NCBI GenBank assembly: GCA_963921275.4
Contig: OZ001293.3
Coordinates: forward strand, 3,872,001 to 3,936,000
DNA from: an uncultured Hormoscilla sp.
Lineage (GTDB): Bacteria > Cyanobacteriota > Cyanobacteriia > Cyanobacteriales > Desertifilaceae
Reading direction: 5' to 3'
Length of the DNA: 64,000 bases
In this document: positions 19,017 to 29,511 of the stretch, piece after piece
Layout: each line of letters opens with the position of its first letter
Numbering within the stretch: the first letter of the stretch is position 1
Translations under genes and position numbers: made by a program
The notes under the pieces: model-generated
Seen by the model: only the letters and a program-made list of their open reading frames with translations
Databases searched by the model: none
What the model was told of the DNA's origin: nothing

Positions 19017-22000
19017 ATGAATGATATTGAAGACATTTACGAATTAAGCCCTATGCAGCAGGGGATTCTGTTCCACAGTCTTTACGAACAGAGTGATGGC
19101 ATGTATTTCCATATGCTAGCTTGGACTTTGGAAGGCCCGTTGAATGTAGATGCTTTCAAGCAAGCGTGGCATCAAGTTGTGGCTAGACACGCGGTGTTGC
19201 GGACTTCTTTCCACTGGCAAGAGTTGGAAAAACCCCTACAGGTGGTTCATTCTACGATCGAGTTGCCTTGGCTAAATATATCCTGGCAGGGAAAGACTGA
19301 GTTAGAAGAGAAGCGATCTGCCTTTATAAAGGCAGATCGCAGCCAAGGTTTTGAACTGGATGAAGCCCCCTTGATGCGCTGTGCTTTGATAGAGTTAGGC
19401 TCCGATCGCTACGAATTTGTCTGGAGTCTGCATCATCTGTTGCTTGATGGTTGGAGTATGGCGATCGTCCTGAAGGAAGTGTTTGAGTTATATGAGGCGA
19501 TCGCAGTGGGGAAAGATTTATATTTACCGCCCCCGCTCCCCTTCCGAGAGTATATCACTTGGTTGCAAGAGCAAGACTTGTCCCAGGCGAAAGCATACTG
19601 GCAACAAACCCTCCAGGGCTTTAAGATGCCTACTGTCATGCCTGGCATTCAGGGGCCAAAAAATCATCAAACCCATTACCAGGAGCAACATTTTAATTTA
19701 GCCGCAAGTACTACCAAGGCGTTACAGTCTTTAGCTCGCGCAAATGGTTTGACATTAAGTACAATTTTACAGGGTGCCTGGGCCCTACTGCTAAGTTGCT
19801 ACAGTGGGGAGTCAGATGTTGTCTTTGGAGTTACGGTTTCCGGTCGCCCGCCTTCTTTATCGAGAGTAGAATCGATGGTGGGGGTGTCGATCAATACATT
19901 ACCAATGCGCGTGCAACTGCCTGATTTGTCGTTTCCGACAGCAGGGGAACTATGGCCTTGGTTGAGAAAGTTGCAGGCCCAGCAGGTAGAACAGCAACAA
20001 TACTCCTTTATGCCTCTGGTGGAAATTCAAACTCTGAGTGAAGTACCCCAAGGTATGTTTGAGAGTATTGTGATTTTTCAGAACTATCCGATAGATCCTG
20101 TCAGCACCAGGCAGGGAGACTTGCAAATAGGTCAAATTAAAGGGACTGGACATACTAATTATCCCCTGACAGTCATGGCCAGTCCAGGTGCGGAATTGTC
20201 AGTACGGATAAAGTATGATGGCACTCGCTTTCACCTCAAGACCATAAGCTCGATCGCCAGAGACTTACAATTGGTATTAGAGGCGATCGCGACTAATCGA
20301 GAGCCCCAAATTGCTTCATTAATCACCAAGTTGCATAAATTGGGCAAACCGCTTAAACTGCAACAGCTGGAAGTGGCGTTGATGTCTGCTCCTGAAGTAG
20401 AAGATTGTTACATATTAGAACGAGAAAACACCATAGTTGCTTATGTAGTATTATCATCTGCATTGACGGAGCCAGAAAAACTCAATAATCATTTGCAAGC
20501 TCAACTCTATACTTACCAAGCACCAGATGTATATGTAAAAATATCGGCTTTACCCCTGACAGATACAGGAGAAATTGACGAAGTGGCCCTGGGGCGAATA
20601 CCGGTCTTGGATGAGGAGTTGGCACAACGCTGGGAAAAACAACTGCAAGAACTGCCAGAAATTGAGCGCGTAGCGGTGGTCGTTCGACCTGAAACTAAGA
20701 GTTTACCACCCTTACATTTATCTGACTTACTACCCCAAGTAGGGTGGGCACCGCCCACCAACGGCACCGCCCACCAACAGGCGGTTTCCGGTGATGACAT
20801 CACGCCAGTCCCAGAAAGCCAAGTGGCGATCGCCAAGGCCCGATCGCGGGAAATGGCCATCAGTCACGGAGGACCGCTAGAATATCGACAAGATTGGCCG
20901 CGTACCCTTGCAGAACTATTGCCAGTGGCGGCCCTCAAAAGCAGTCAGAAGATCCTATACATACAGCGGGATGGTACGGAGTTATGGCAATCCTATGGGG
21001 ATTTACTTCAAAAGGCCCAAAGCATAAATGGGGGTTTGAAAGCACTAGGTCTCCAGCCCCAAGATAAGGTAATACTGCAACTTAAACATCCCCAAGATTT
21101 TATTCCGGCATTTTGGGGCTGCATTCTGGGAGGGTTTGTACCGGTACCCCTGGGTGTAGCCCCTACTTATAGCCAAGTCAATAATGCGGTGCAGAAATTG
21201 CAGAATGCCTGGCAGATGCTAGAAAAGCCGTTCGTCTTGGCAAGCGCAGAACTGGTGCAGGCGATCGCTTCTTTGTCAGAACTTCTGGGTTTAGAGAATT
21301 TGCAAGTAGAAAGCTGCGATCGCCTGGGAGAGTACGACCCAGAACCGAATTATCATCTGAGTCAGCCAGAGGATTTAGCAATATTACTTCTAACGTCTGG
21401 AAGTACGGGCATGCCAAAGGGAGTTATGCTGAGTCATCGGAATATCTTAAGTAGCGTTGCGGCCACCTCGGAAGTCAGCCAATTGACCCGAGAAGATATA
21501 TCACTCAATTGGCTTCCCCTAGACCATCCCGGGCCTCTGATTCGCTGCTGTATCCGCTGCGTATTCCTCGCTTGCCAACAAATACACGCACCCACAGATC
21601 TGGTTTTACAAGATCCGCTAATCTGGTTTGATTGGTTGGAACGCTATGGGGTGACGAGTACTTGGAGTCCTAATTTTGCCTTTACCCTCGTTAACGATCA
21701 AGCCGCTGAAATTAAACAGCGGAGGTGGAATTTGTCTGCTGTCAGGTCTTTGTTGAATACTGCCGAACCCATTGTGCCCCAAACTGCACAAAGATTTTGG
21801 GAATTATTTGCCGGGCATCAGTTAGCTGCCCGGGCCATGCATTCTTCTTGGGGCATGGCAGAAACTGCTTCCGGGGTGACTTTTTCCGATCAGTTTTTGC
21901 AGGTCAACCCGACCCAGACTTCTTTTGCCGAATTAGGACTTCCCATCCCCGGGGTTTCTTTGCGCATCGTTAATGGGGAAAATGAAGTGATAGAATGCGG

Positions 22001-25000
22001 GGCGATCGGCTATTTACAAGTCAAGGGGGAAACGGTCACGCGGGGTTATTATCACAACGAGGAACTCAATCGGGAAGTCTTTACTACAGATGGCTGGTTT
22101 GCTACAGGGGATATCGGATTTATACAGGAGGGACGCTTAACGATTACGGGACGGGAAAAAGATGTGATTATTATTAATGGAGTTAATTATTACAGTCACG
22201 AAATTGAAGCGGCGATCGAAAAACTGCCAGAGATTGAACTGTCATACACGGCAGCGGTATCTGTAGAAGGAGATAAGTTGGCGGTCTTTTTCTCGACTCC
22301 ATGCAAGGATAGCCAGTTGCGGAACAAATTAGCAGAGATTCAGCAGCAAGTGGTCAGTCAAATTGGCATTAAACCCGATTATTTACTTCCCGTACAGAAG
22401 ACAGTCATTCCCAAAACTTCCATTGGCAAAATTCAGCGATCGCAACTCAGTCAGGCTTTTGCAGCTGGGGAATTCAAGGAGATTCTCAAACAAGTAGATA
22501 TCCTGTTAGAAAATGCTAACACCCTTCCCGACTGGTTTTACCGCCAAGTATGGCAAGCAAAACAAGTGCGCCGATTGCAGGAATTGTCAGCAGGACTAAC
22601 ATTAATATTTGTCGATTCATTAGGCTTGGGGGATTATATCGGCGAGCGACTGCTAGAGGAAAAGCAAGAGATTATTAAAGTATCGGTAGGGTCGGAATTT
22701 GTTCAAGTAAGTGCCGATCGCTACAGGCTCGACCCCCAAAAAGCAGAACATTATCAACAGTTGCTAGAAACTATAGCAGCTGCAAAGATTTATCTGATTC
22801 TACATTTGTGGAATTACACCGAGGATCGGGGGAAAATTTCCAGTCTGGCAGAATTAGAAAAAGCTCAAAATACCGGAGTTTACAGTTTACTATTCCTCGT
22901 CCAAGCCTTGGCCAAGGTGCAAGGCGATCGAGATGAAGTCCAGTTGCTATGGATTTCCAGTCATAGCCAGTCCGTAGAAGCAACTGAGGAGATCGCATGG
23001 GAAAAATCCTCAGTTATGGGATTGCTGAAAACGGTACCTCAAGAAATGCCCATGTGGAACTGTCGTCATGTCGATTTAGCTGTCGATCTAGCTGTCGAGG
23101 GAGTGGAAGTAAACGGGGATAATATTCTGGCGGAGATGCAGGATCCAACGGGAGAACCAGAAGTAGCCTATCGCCACGGACAGCGTTTAGTTATCCGTCT
23201 GGAACGAGTCAAATGGTCGGGCAAATTAGGCCAAGCAATACCTTTTCAGAAAGGCGGTAGCTATCTGATTACTGGCGGACTGGGAGGCATAGGGGTAGAA
23301 ATTGCTAAATACCTGCTGGAACATTATCAAGCCAGGTTACTATTGGTGGGTAGAACCCCCCTACAGACAGAGAAACTAGCAGCTATAGAGCAATTACAGC
23401 AGCTGGGTGGGACTGTAATTTATGAAACAGTCGATATCTGCGATCGCCCGAGGATGTCAGCCATCATATCGGACTGGGGCGAGTTAGATGGGATCGTTCA
23501 CTTAGCAGGTGTAGCCCATGACAGTTTGCTAGTAGAAGAAATCCACTCAGGATTTGCCACCGCCTTGCAAGGGAAGGTGTATGGCACCTGGGTACTGCAC
23601 CAATTGATTAAAGATCGCCCCGATTGTCTTTTTATCAACTTCTCTTCTGTCAACGGCTTTTTTGGCGGGACAACAGTAGGCGCTTATGCTGCGGCCAACA
23701 GTTTCCTGGATGCTTTTTCTGACTATCAAAGAAACCACAGTCAGTTACATAGCTATTGCTTTGCTTGGAGTATGTGGGACGAAACTGGCATGAGTCGCGG
23801 CTATCAAATGAAAGAACTCAGTCACGCACGCGGTTACTATCCCATTGGTAAGCAGCAAGGAATTAAATCTTTTTTGGCCGGCATGAGTTGGGGTCCGACA
23901 AGGTTGGCCATCGGTTTAGATGGCAGCAAGGCCAATATACAGCGCTATCTACCTGCATGTGACGGCTTAGAAAAATTAACAGCCTATTTTACTGGCACAG
24001 TACCCGCAAGTCTGCCGCAACCACCATCCGATCGCTACGGCACTCCTACCCCCTGGGAGTTAACGCCAGTACCGGAAATGCCCCTTACCGATAGCGGTGA
24101 AATAGATTTGCACAAGCTAGCAGGAAAAATTACATCCCTTAAAACAGGCGATCGGGTAGGGCCCCGGAACGAGATCGAACTTGAAATTGCACAGATCTGG
24201 CAAGAAGTGCTGGCAATCGATCATATAGGCATTTATGATAACTTCTTCCAATTGGGAGGACATTCGCTGCGTGTACTCCAAGTCATCTATCGCTTGCAGA
24301 ACTTTTTTGCTGTAGACTTACCCTTGCAAAGCCTCTTTAATACTCCTACTATTGCCAGTTTAGCCGCAGCAATTGCACGGCAGCATCCCCAGCAAGCCAA
24401 CTCTAGCCTAGTTCCCATTCAGCCAAAGGGGAAGCGATCGCCCTTTTTCTGCGTCCATCCCGTGGGTGGTAATGTGCTGTGCTATGCCAGTCTAGCCCGC
24501 CATCTGGGAGAAGAACAGCCATTTTATGGACTGCAATCACTAGGTCTGAATGGAGAAGAAGAACCCCTGACCAGTCTGGAAGACATGGCAACCCATTATA
24601 TTCAGGCCATTCAGACTATGCAGCCCTCCGGTCCCTATTATATAGGCGGCTGGTCTTTAGGAGGAGCGATCGCTTTTGAAATGGCCCAACAGTTGTCAGC
24701 ATCAGGAGAAGAAATAGGGTTGCTAGCATTGCTGGACAGCTACACGCCTCAAGTAATCGCTCGGGTCAACGACCAACGTAAGGGCCTATTGTCGCAAATG
24801 TTAAATGTAGCGCTTGATGATGCCACCTTAGCTTCCTACTACTTCGCCCAAGACCTGGGTAGTCTTTTAGGAAAAGAGCTGCAAATATCAGTGGAGCAGC
24901 TACAGCAACTAGATCTAGATGCACAGTTGACATATATCTTGGAGCAGGCTAAGATAGAGAAAGTTATACCACCCGAGCTAGGACTAAGGCAAATTCGTCG

Positions 25001-25229
25001 CCTGTTCCAGGTATTCCAGGCCAACATCCAAGCGCGGCTTCACTATCGCCCCCAACCATATGCGGGTCGGATAGTCCTGTTTCTTGCTAGCGAACAAACG
25101 GTGGAGGACGATCGAGGTTGGGACAGTCTGGCAATAGGAGGGATAGAGAAACACTTGATTAATGGAGGACATTACCAGCTGATCGAAAGTCGGATTCTGG
25201 GAGAGAAACTCAAGGTTTATCTAGCCTAA
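19017..25229 (+). CDS. Terminal NRPS/depsipeptide module: C(DCL)-pseudo-Asub-A(alpha-keto acid type)-KR-PCP-TE
   Basis: IEDIYELSPMQQG (DCL/COM-acceptor start), HHLLLDGWS; TSGSTGMPKG, NWLPLDH, WGMAET; ITGGLGGIG and YAAAN (KR); GGHSL; GWSLGG (TE). Confidence 0.92.
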   Translation: MNDIEDIYELSPMQQGILFHSLYEQSDGMYFHMLAWTLEGPLNVDAFKQAWHQVVARHAVLRTSFHWQELEKPLQVVHSTIELPWLNISWQGKTELEEKRSAFIKADRSQGFELDEAPLMRCALIELGSDRYEFVWSLHHLLLDGWSMAIVLKEVFELYEAIAVGKDLYLPPPLPFREYITWLQEQDLSQAKAYWQQTLQGFKMPTVMPGIQGPKNHQTHYQEQHFNLAASTTKALQSLARANGLTLSTILQGAWALLLSCYSGESDVVFGVTVSGRPPSLSRVESMVGVSINTLPMRVQLPDLSFPTAGELWPWLRKLQAQQVEQQQYSFMPLVEIQTLSEVPQGMFESIVIFQNYPIDPVSTRQGDLQIGQIKGTGHTNYPLTVMASPGAELSVRIKYDGTRFHLKTISSIARDLQLVLEAIATNREPQIASLITKLHKLGKPLKLQQLEVALMSAPEVEDCYILERENTIVAYVVLSSALTEPEKLNNHLQAQLYTYQAPDVYVKISALPLTDTGEIDEVALGRIPVLDEELAQRWEKQLQELPEIERVAVVVRPETKSLPPLHLSDLLPQVGWAPPTNGTAHQQAVSGDDITPVPESQVAIAKARSREMAISHGGPLEYRQDWPRTLAELLPVAALKSSQKILYIQRDGTELWQSYGDLLQKAQSINGGLKALGLQPQDKVILQLKHPQDFIPAFWGCILGGFVPVPLGVAPTYSQVNNAVQKLQNAWQMLEKPFVLASAELVQAIASLSELLGLENLQVESCDRLGEYDPEPNYHLSQPEDLAILLLTSGSTGMPKGVMLSHRNILSSVAATSEVSQLTREDISLNWLPLDHPGPLIRCCIRCVFLACQQIHAPTDLVLQDPLIWFDWLERYGVTSTWSPNFAFTLVNDQAAEIKQRRWNLSAVRSLLNTAEPIVPQTAQRFWELFAGHQLAARAMHSSWGMAETASGVTFSDQFLQVNPTQTSFAELGLPIPGVSLRIVNGENEVIECGAIGYLQVKGETVTRGYYHNEELNREVFTTDGWFATGDIGFIQEGRLTITGREKDVIIINGVNYYSHEIEAAIEKLPEIELSYTAAVSVEGDKLAVFFSTPCKDSQLRNKLAEIQQQVVSQIGIKPDYLLPVQKTVIPKTSIGKIQRSQLSQAFAAGEFKEILKQVDILLENANTLPDWFYRQVWQAKQVRRLQELSAGLTLIFVDSLGLGDYIGERLLEEKQEIIKVSVGSEFVQVSADRYRLDPQKAEHYQQLLETIAAAKIYLILHLWNYTEDRGKISSLAELEKAQNTGVYSLLFLVQALAKVQGDRDEVQLLWISSHSQSVEATEEIAWEKSSVMGLLKTVPQEMPMWNCRHVDLAVDLAVEGVEVNGDNILAEMQDPTGEPEVAYRHGQRLVIRLERVKWSGKLGQAIPFQKGGSYLITGGLGGIGVEIAKYLLEHYQARLLLVGRTPLQTEKLAAIEQLQQLGGTVIYETVDICDRPRMSAIISDWGELDGIVHLAGVAHDSLLVEEIHSGFATALQGKVYGTWVLHQLIKDRPDCLFINFSSVNGFFGGTTVGAYAAANSFLDAFSDYQRNHSQLHSYCFAWSMWDETGMSRGYQMKELSHARGYYPIGKQQGIKSFLAGMSWGPTRLAIGLDGSKANIQRYLPACDGLEKLTAYFTGTVPASLPQPPSDRYGTPTPWELTPVPEMPLTDSGEIDLHKLAGKITSLKTGDRVGPRNEIELEIAQIWQEVLAIDHIGIYDNFFQLGGHSLRVLQVIYRLQNFFAVDLPLQSLFNTPTIASLAAAIARQHPQQANSSLVPIQPKGKRSPFFCVHPVGGNVLCYASLARHLGEEQPFYGLQSLGLNGEEEPLTSLEDMATHYIQAIQTMQPSGPYYIGGWSLGGAIAFEMAQQLSASGEEIGLLALLDSYTPQVIARVNDQRKGLLSQMLNVALDDATLASYYFAQDLGSLLGKELQISVEQLQQLDLDAQLTYILEQAKIEKVIPPELGLRQIRRLFQVFQANIQARLHYRPQPYAGRIVLFLASEQTVEDDRGWDSLAIGGIEKHLINGGHYQLIESRILGEKLKVYLA

Positions 25230-25406
25230 GAGGGTGTGGTCAAAAATAGTTGCACATGGGATACCCCCAAACCCCCCCCCTTTGGAAGGGGGGGGTTTGG
25301 GGGGATCCGACGACTGGGAGGGCCCATGTTAGATCGACGGGTTTTGACCACACCCAGCCTAAGATAGAATAAAAATAGACTAAAAATTTGAAAGGAGAGT
25401 AAAAAG

Positions 25407-26942
25407 ATGGCACGTGAATTGTCTCAGAGCGATTTAGCAACATTCAATCAAAAGGTTTTGGAGACTAAGGATAAATATAAAGTACCAGGGGCCTCGGTGA
25501 CCATCGTACAGAACAACAAATTAATCTTTGCCTCAGGGTATGGCGTGCGCAATATAGAGACGAAGGAACCGATGACCCCAGAAACAGTTTGTCCCCTAGG
25601 CTCAATGAGCAAGTCATTTACAGCGCTGATGAATGCTACCCAAGTAGACGAGGGACATTTTACCTGGGATACATTGGTGAAAGACATTAGCCCAATATAT
25701 GAGTTTCCCAATGCCTCATGCGCGGACCAGATCAAGGTGTATCATTTAATGAATATGTCCACTGGTATGGGCGAGCCCGCGAGTATTTACGACCATGTCG
25801 GTGAATATGAAGAGAATTACATTTACTGGAACGATCAGTCTCCAGCATACGTGATTAAATCATTGACAACTGCACCCATTAAGGGAGAACCGGGAACTGT
25901 ATTTTATTACAACAATGAGGTATATTCATGTGCGGGTTATTTAAGCCCGTTGCAGCAGGGCACAGACCCATCCAAAATGCTCTAAGCTTACAAGGATTTG
26001 ATGTACAAAAAGGTATTTAATCCTATTGGGATGACAAGCACCCACATCACACCAGACATCTCCAGCATCACCAAAAATTATGCCGTTAGTTACGGAGTAA
26101 AAGTCCAGAATAATACTATTGGGCCACTGGAAATGGGTTGCAATTCCATTAACAGCATTAATGGAATTGCTCCAGCTGGTCAGATTGTTTCCAATGTTAT
26201 GGACCTGAGTCTTTATGCCATGACGTTGTTAAATGATGGTGTTGTGCCCTCAAGCGGACATCGAGTAGTCAGTACGGAAAATTTGCAAGAACTTTGGAAA
26301 TCTCGCATTGACACGAAGGGCGGAATTCCAGGTCTTACCAATGATGTTCACTATGGCTTAGGCTGGGAAATCGATAAAGTCACTGACAAAAACCACAGCT
26401 TTGAAGTCTACTGTCATGGTGGGTTTCTGCCAGCCTGGTTATCGTGGATACAGGTAGTCCCAGATTCTAATGTCGGATTGGCCATCCTCACCAACAACTG
26501 GTCTGGCCGATATCTGGCAATGGAAATGGGACAAGAATTGCTCAAATTGGTTTACGGTGAAGACTTAAAATTCGATGTTGATGTTAACAAATATTACCAA
26601 AACACAATTCAAAAGTTAATAGCAGATCAGGGACCCCTGCCTTCTTCTTATCAGGTCGAACGAGATGATGTTGCCCCTATTATAGGTAACTATCATGGGG
26701 GCTGGACTGTGGAAGTTGACAAGAAGAATTACCTCGTGCTGTATAAAACTGGCTGGATTTATTATTTGTTTCCCACTCAAGCAGGCCCAGTTGTTAAAGG
26801 GAAAAATCAATTCGTCATCTGGGCATCCAATCACAACGGGTATTTGAAAGGGAAGGAAAACAAAGTTGACTTCTACATTGATTCTGTCTGGGGAGTCACC
26901 ATGACATCTGCGATGGGAGAAGTGAAACGCTGGGCGGCATAA
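25407..26942 (+). pseudogene. Beta-lactamase/PBP-like serine hydrolase broken by one in-frame TAA (25983-25985)
   Basis: ORFs 25407-25985 and 25998-26942 share a frame; ctc TAA gct aligns with ctg CAA gct in the 15096 paralog; GSMSK, YNN, HGG intact. Confidence 0.88.
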
Positions 26943-27028
26943 TAATCACTCATGATGGGCATCTCTTGACTTGATGTCTATCTTCGAGTGACAGCATGAA
27001 GTTGAGGGATTTGCATAAGGAGAGTAGA

Positions 27029-28573
27029 ATGACGGATAACCAGAATAATTTGGCTAACAACCAGAGTGGGTTAGATTACAACGCATTAGACGAGTTTGAG
27101 CAAAAATTTGAAGAAGAACGAATATATTACCAGGTTCCTGGTGCAGCATTAGCGATCGTGTATGGAAACGAATTAATTAAAGCTAGTGGCTATGGCGTGC
27201 GGGACATAAAAACACAGGAACCGGTGACCGCAGAAACAGTTTTCCCGATCGGTTCAATGAGCAAATCAATGACCAGCATCATGAATGCGACCCAAGTGGA
27301 GGCCGGGATATTTGGTTGGGACACATTGGTGAAGGACATTAGCCCGCAGTTTAAGTTTGCTAATCAGCAAACCACAGACAATCTCCAGGTGCAGCACGTA
27401 ATCGGGATGCGTGCTGGCATACAAGATCCGATCGGCCCTTACCACTATGCTAATAACAAATATTGGGAGGAACAGTCAGCACCGTATTTAGTCAAGTCCT
27501 TGGCCACGGCCCCTTTTCAGGCAATAACTGGAAAGGTATTTCACTACGGCAACGAATCTTATGCCAGCAGTGGTTACTTCTCTCCGTTGAAGCGGGGTTT
27601 AGAGGCATCGCAATTGCTGCAAGAATACAAGAATTTGATGCGTCAGAAGATATTTAAACCCATTGGGATGACAAAGACCAGCATTACACCAATTTGTTCA
27701 AGCATTAGTGACGACTATGTAACAAGCTACGGACTAGATACTAGCAATGGACGGGCAAGTATGATGGCACAAGCCCCCATCAGCATTAGCAATGTTAATG
27801 GCATCGCGCCAGCAGGTCAAGTAGTCTCAAATGCTATGGACTTGAGTCTTTATGCCCGGATGTTGTTAAACAATGGTGTGGCGATTAATGGCACGCAAAT
27901 CATCACCGCAGAAAGTCTGAACAAGATTTGGAGTGACACAATTGATGCCCCTGACTTCCCCGGTCTGACTAACACGACTAAATATGGTCTGGGTTGGGAG
28001 ATCCAAGAAGTTGAACTAACAAACCCAAACCGCAAAATTGAGGCGATCGCCCATGGGGGTCTTCTTCCGGCTTGGGTAACTTGGCTGATGGTAGTTCCAG
28101 ATCAACGTTTCGGATTGGTGGTCCTCACCAATAGTTGGTCTGGTTTCTACTTTATATTCGAGATGGCGCAGGAGTTTATGAAAGTGATTTACGGCAGCAG
28201 CAATATTGATGACTCGCAATTCATCAATTATCGTCAACAATACCAGGCATACGTCGAGGAATTGCCGAAAAAAATTCAGGAGAAAGTCTCATCATATAAA
28301 GTTCAACGGAACGAAGTAGAATCACTGTTGGGAAACTACGAAGGGGGCTGGAACGTAGAAGTAAACGAGTCAAATCAATTGGTTTTGTTTAAGTCAGGAT
28401 GGGTTCATTACCTGTTTCCTAGCAAAGCGGGTCAAAACCAATACATTATCGGGGCCAGCAACGACAATATATATCTAAACGAGAAACGACATGATGTCAG
28501 CTTCTCCATTGACCCCAATACATCAAAGATGACTATGCATTCAGCAATGGGCAACGTTGCCAAATTAGTCTAG
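27029..28573 (+). CDS. Beta-lactamase/PBP-like serine hydrolase, copy 1
   Basis: AAGGAG RBS before MTDNQ; GSMSK, YGN, HGG; no signal peptide. Confidence 0.9.
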   Translation: MTDNQNNLANNQSGLDYNALDEFEQKFEEERIYYQVPGAALAIVYGNELIKASGYGVRDIKTQEPVTAETVFPIGSMSKSMTSIMNATQVEAGIFGWDTLVKDISPQFKFANQQTTDNLQVQHVIGMRAGIQDPIGPYHYANNKYWEEQSAPYLVKSLATAPFQAITGKVFHYGNESYASSGYFSPLKRGLEASQLLQEYKNLMRQKIFKPIGMTKTSITPICSSISDDYVTSYGLDTSNGRASMMAQAPISISNVNGIAPAGQVVSNAMDLSLYARMLLNNGVAINGTQIITAESLNKIWSDTIDAPDFPGLTNTTKYGLGWEIQEVELTNPNRKIEAIAHGGLLPAWVTWLMVVPDQRFGLVVLTNSWSGFYFIFEMAQEFMKVIYGSSNIDDSQFINYRQQYQAYVEELPKKIQEKVSSYKVQRNEVESLLGNYEGGWNVEVNESNQLVLFKSGWVHYLFPSKAGQNQYIIGASNDNIYLNEKRHDVSFSIDPNTSKMTMHSAMGNVAKLV

Positions 28574-28601
28574 TTTGGTAATTAGACATAAGCCTTCTGA
28601 T

Positions 28602-28640
28602 GACCTCAGACCTCAGCCATTGACGCTGATGTCTGAGGTC
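28602..28640 (+). terminator. Stem-loop after the hydrolase (also at 31085 and 33568); possible terminator or stabiliser
   Basis: gacctcagacctcagc-cattgac-gctgatgtctgaggtc; no U tract. Confidence 0.45.
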
Positions 28641-28803
28641 TGATAGCTAAATAATGACAATTATCTGGCGTAAGCTGTCGTGCATTTAAATTGCATAGCT
28701 TCAGATCCTTGCTCTCTATGACTTTCCCAATGCAAGAATTTTGAATGAGAGAATTTTGAATTGCTTAGAGACTGGTGAGGGAAAAAATCAGGCGATCGAA
28801 GGC

Positions 28804-28832
28804 TTGACAGTATGATGATTGTTGGCTATAGT
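28804..28832 (+). promoter_or_regulatory. Sigma70-type promoter TTGACA-N17-TATAGT (also at 31287-31315 and 33770-33798)
   Basis: ttgaca gtatgatgattgttggc tatagt, ~40 nt upstream of the ATG at 28875/31358/33841. Confidence 0.72.
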
Positions 28833-28874
28833 ATTTTGTGACCTATAAATTTGGCCAGCTCTGTAAGTTCAAAT

Positions 28875-29330
28875 ATGATGAAGATCGAAAAGACAAGCTT
28901 ATTGCTAAGCATAGGATGTTGCATAATCATCATCTGCTTATATCTGACTAAAATTGTCCCAACGGTAGCCGCAGAGATGCCAAAGGATTTTAGTTCAAAT
29001 TTGTTTGAGACTAAGTCGCTAGTTAACACTTCTGGCAACACCTATCTAATGGACAAGCATGCTTGGACAATATTTGCTCAAATCAATCAGAAAGCACCTA
29101 GACAATGTCCAGGGACAAATAATAGTATTTGGGAAACTTGGGCCGATAACGGGGAGACCTTTCTACGGGAAAAACCAACATGGGCTGGACTGTGGAAGTT
29201 GACAAGAAGAATTACCTCGTGCTGTATAAAACTGGCTGGATTTATTATTTGTTTCCCACTCAAGCAGGCCCAGTTGTTAAAGGGAAAAATCAATTCGTCA
29301 TCTGGGCATCCAATCACAACGGGTATTTGA
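28875..29330 (+). pseudogene. Junction chimera: 5' ~100 codons of the 33841 gene fused out of frame to the hydrolase 3' fragment (second copy 31358-31813)
   Basis: Identical to the 33841 gene up to ...REKPTW, then diverges at the repeat junction. Confidence 0.85.
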
Positions 29331-29511
29331 AAGGAAAGGAAAACAAAGTTGACTTCTACATTGATTCTGTCTGGGGAGTCACCATGACATCTGCGATGGG
29401 AGAAGTGAAACGCTGGGCGGCATAATAATCACTCATGATGGGCATCTCTTGACTTGATGTCTATCTTCGAGTGACAGCATGAAGTTGAGGGATTTGCATA
29501 AGGAGAGTAGA

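Noticed and set aside
29180..29425. Independent 81-aa gene (also 31663-31908)
   Set aside because: It is the 3' end of the 25407 gene given a chance ATG by the duplication junction; no RBS seen
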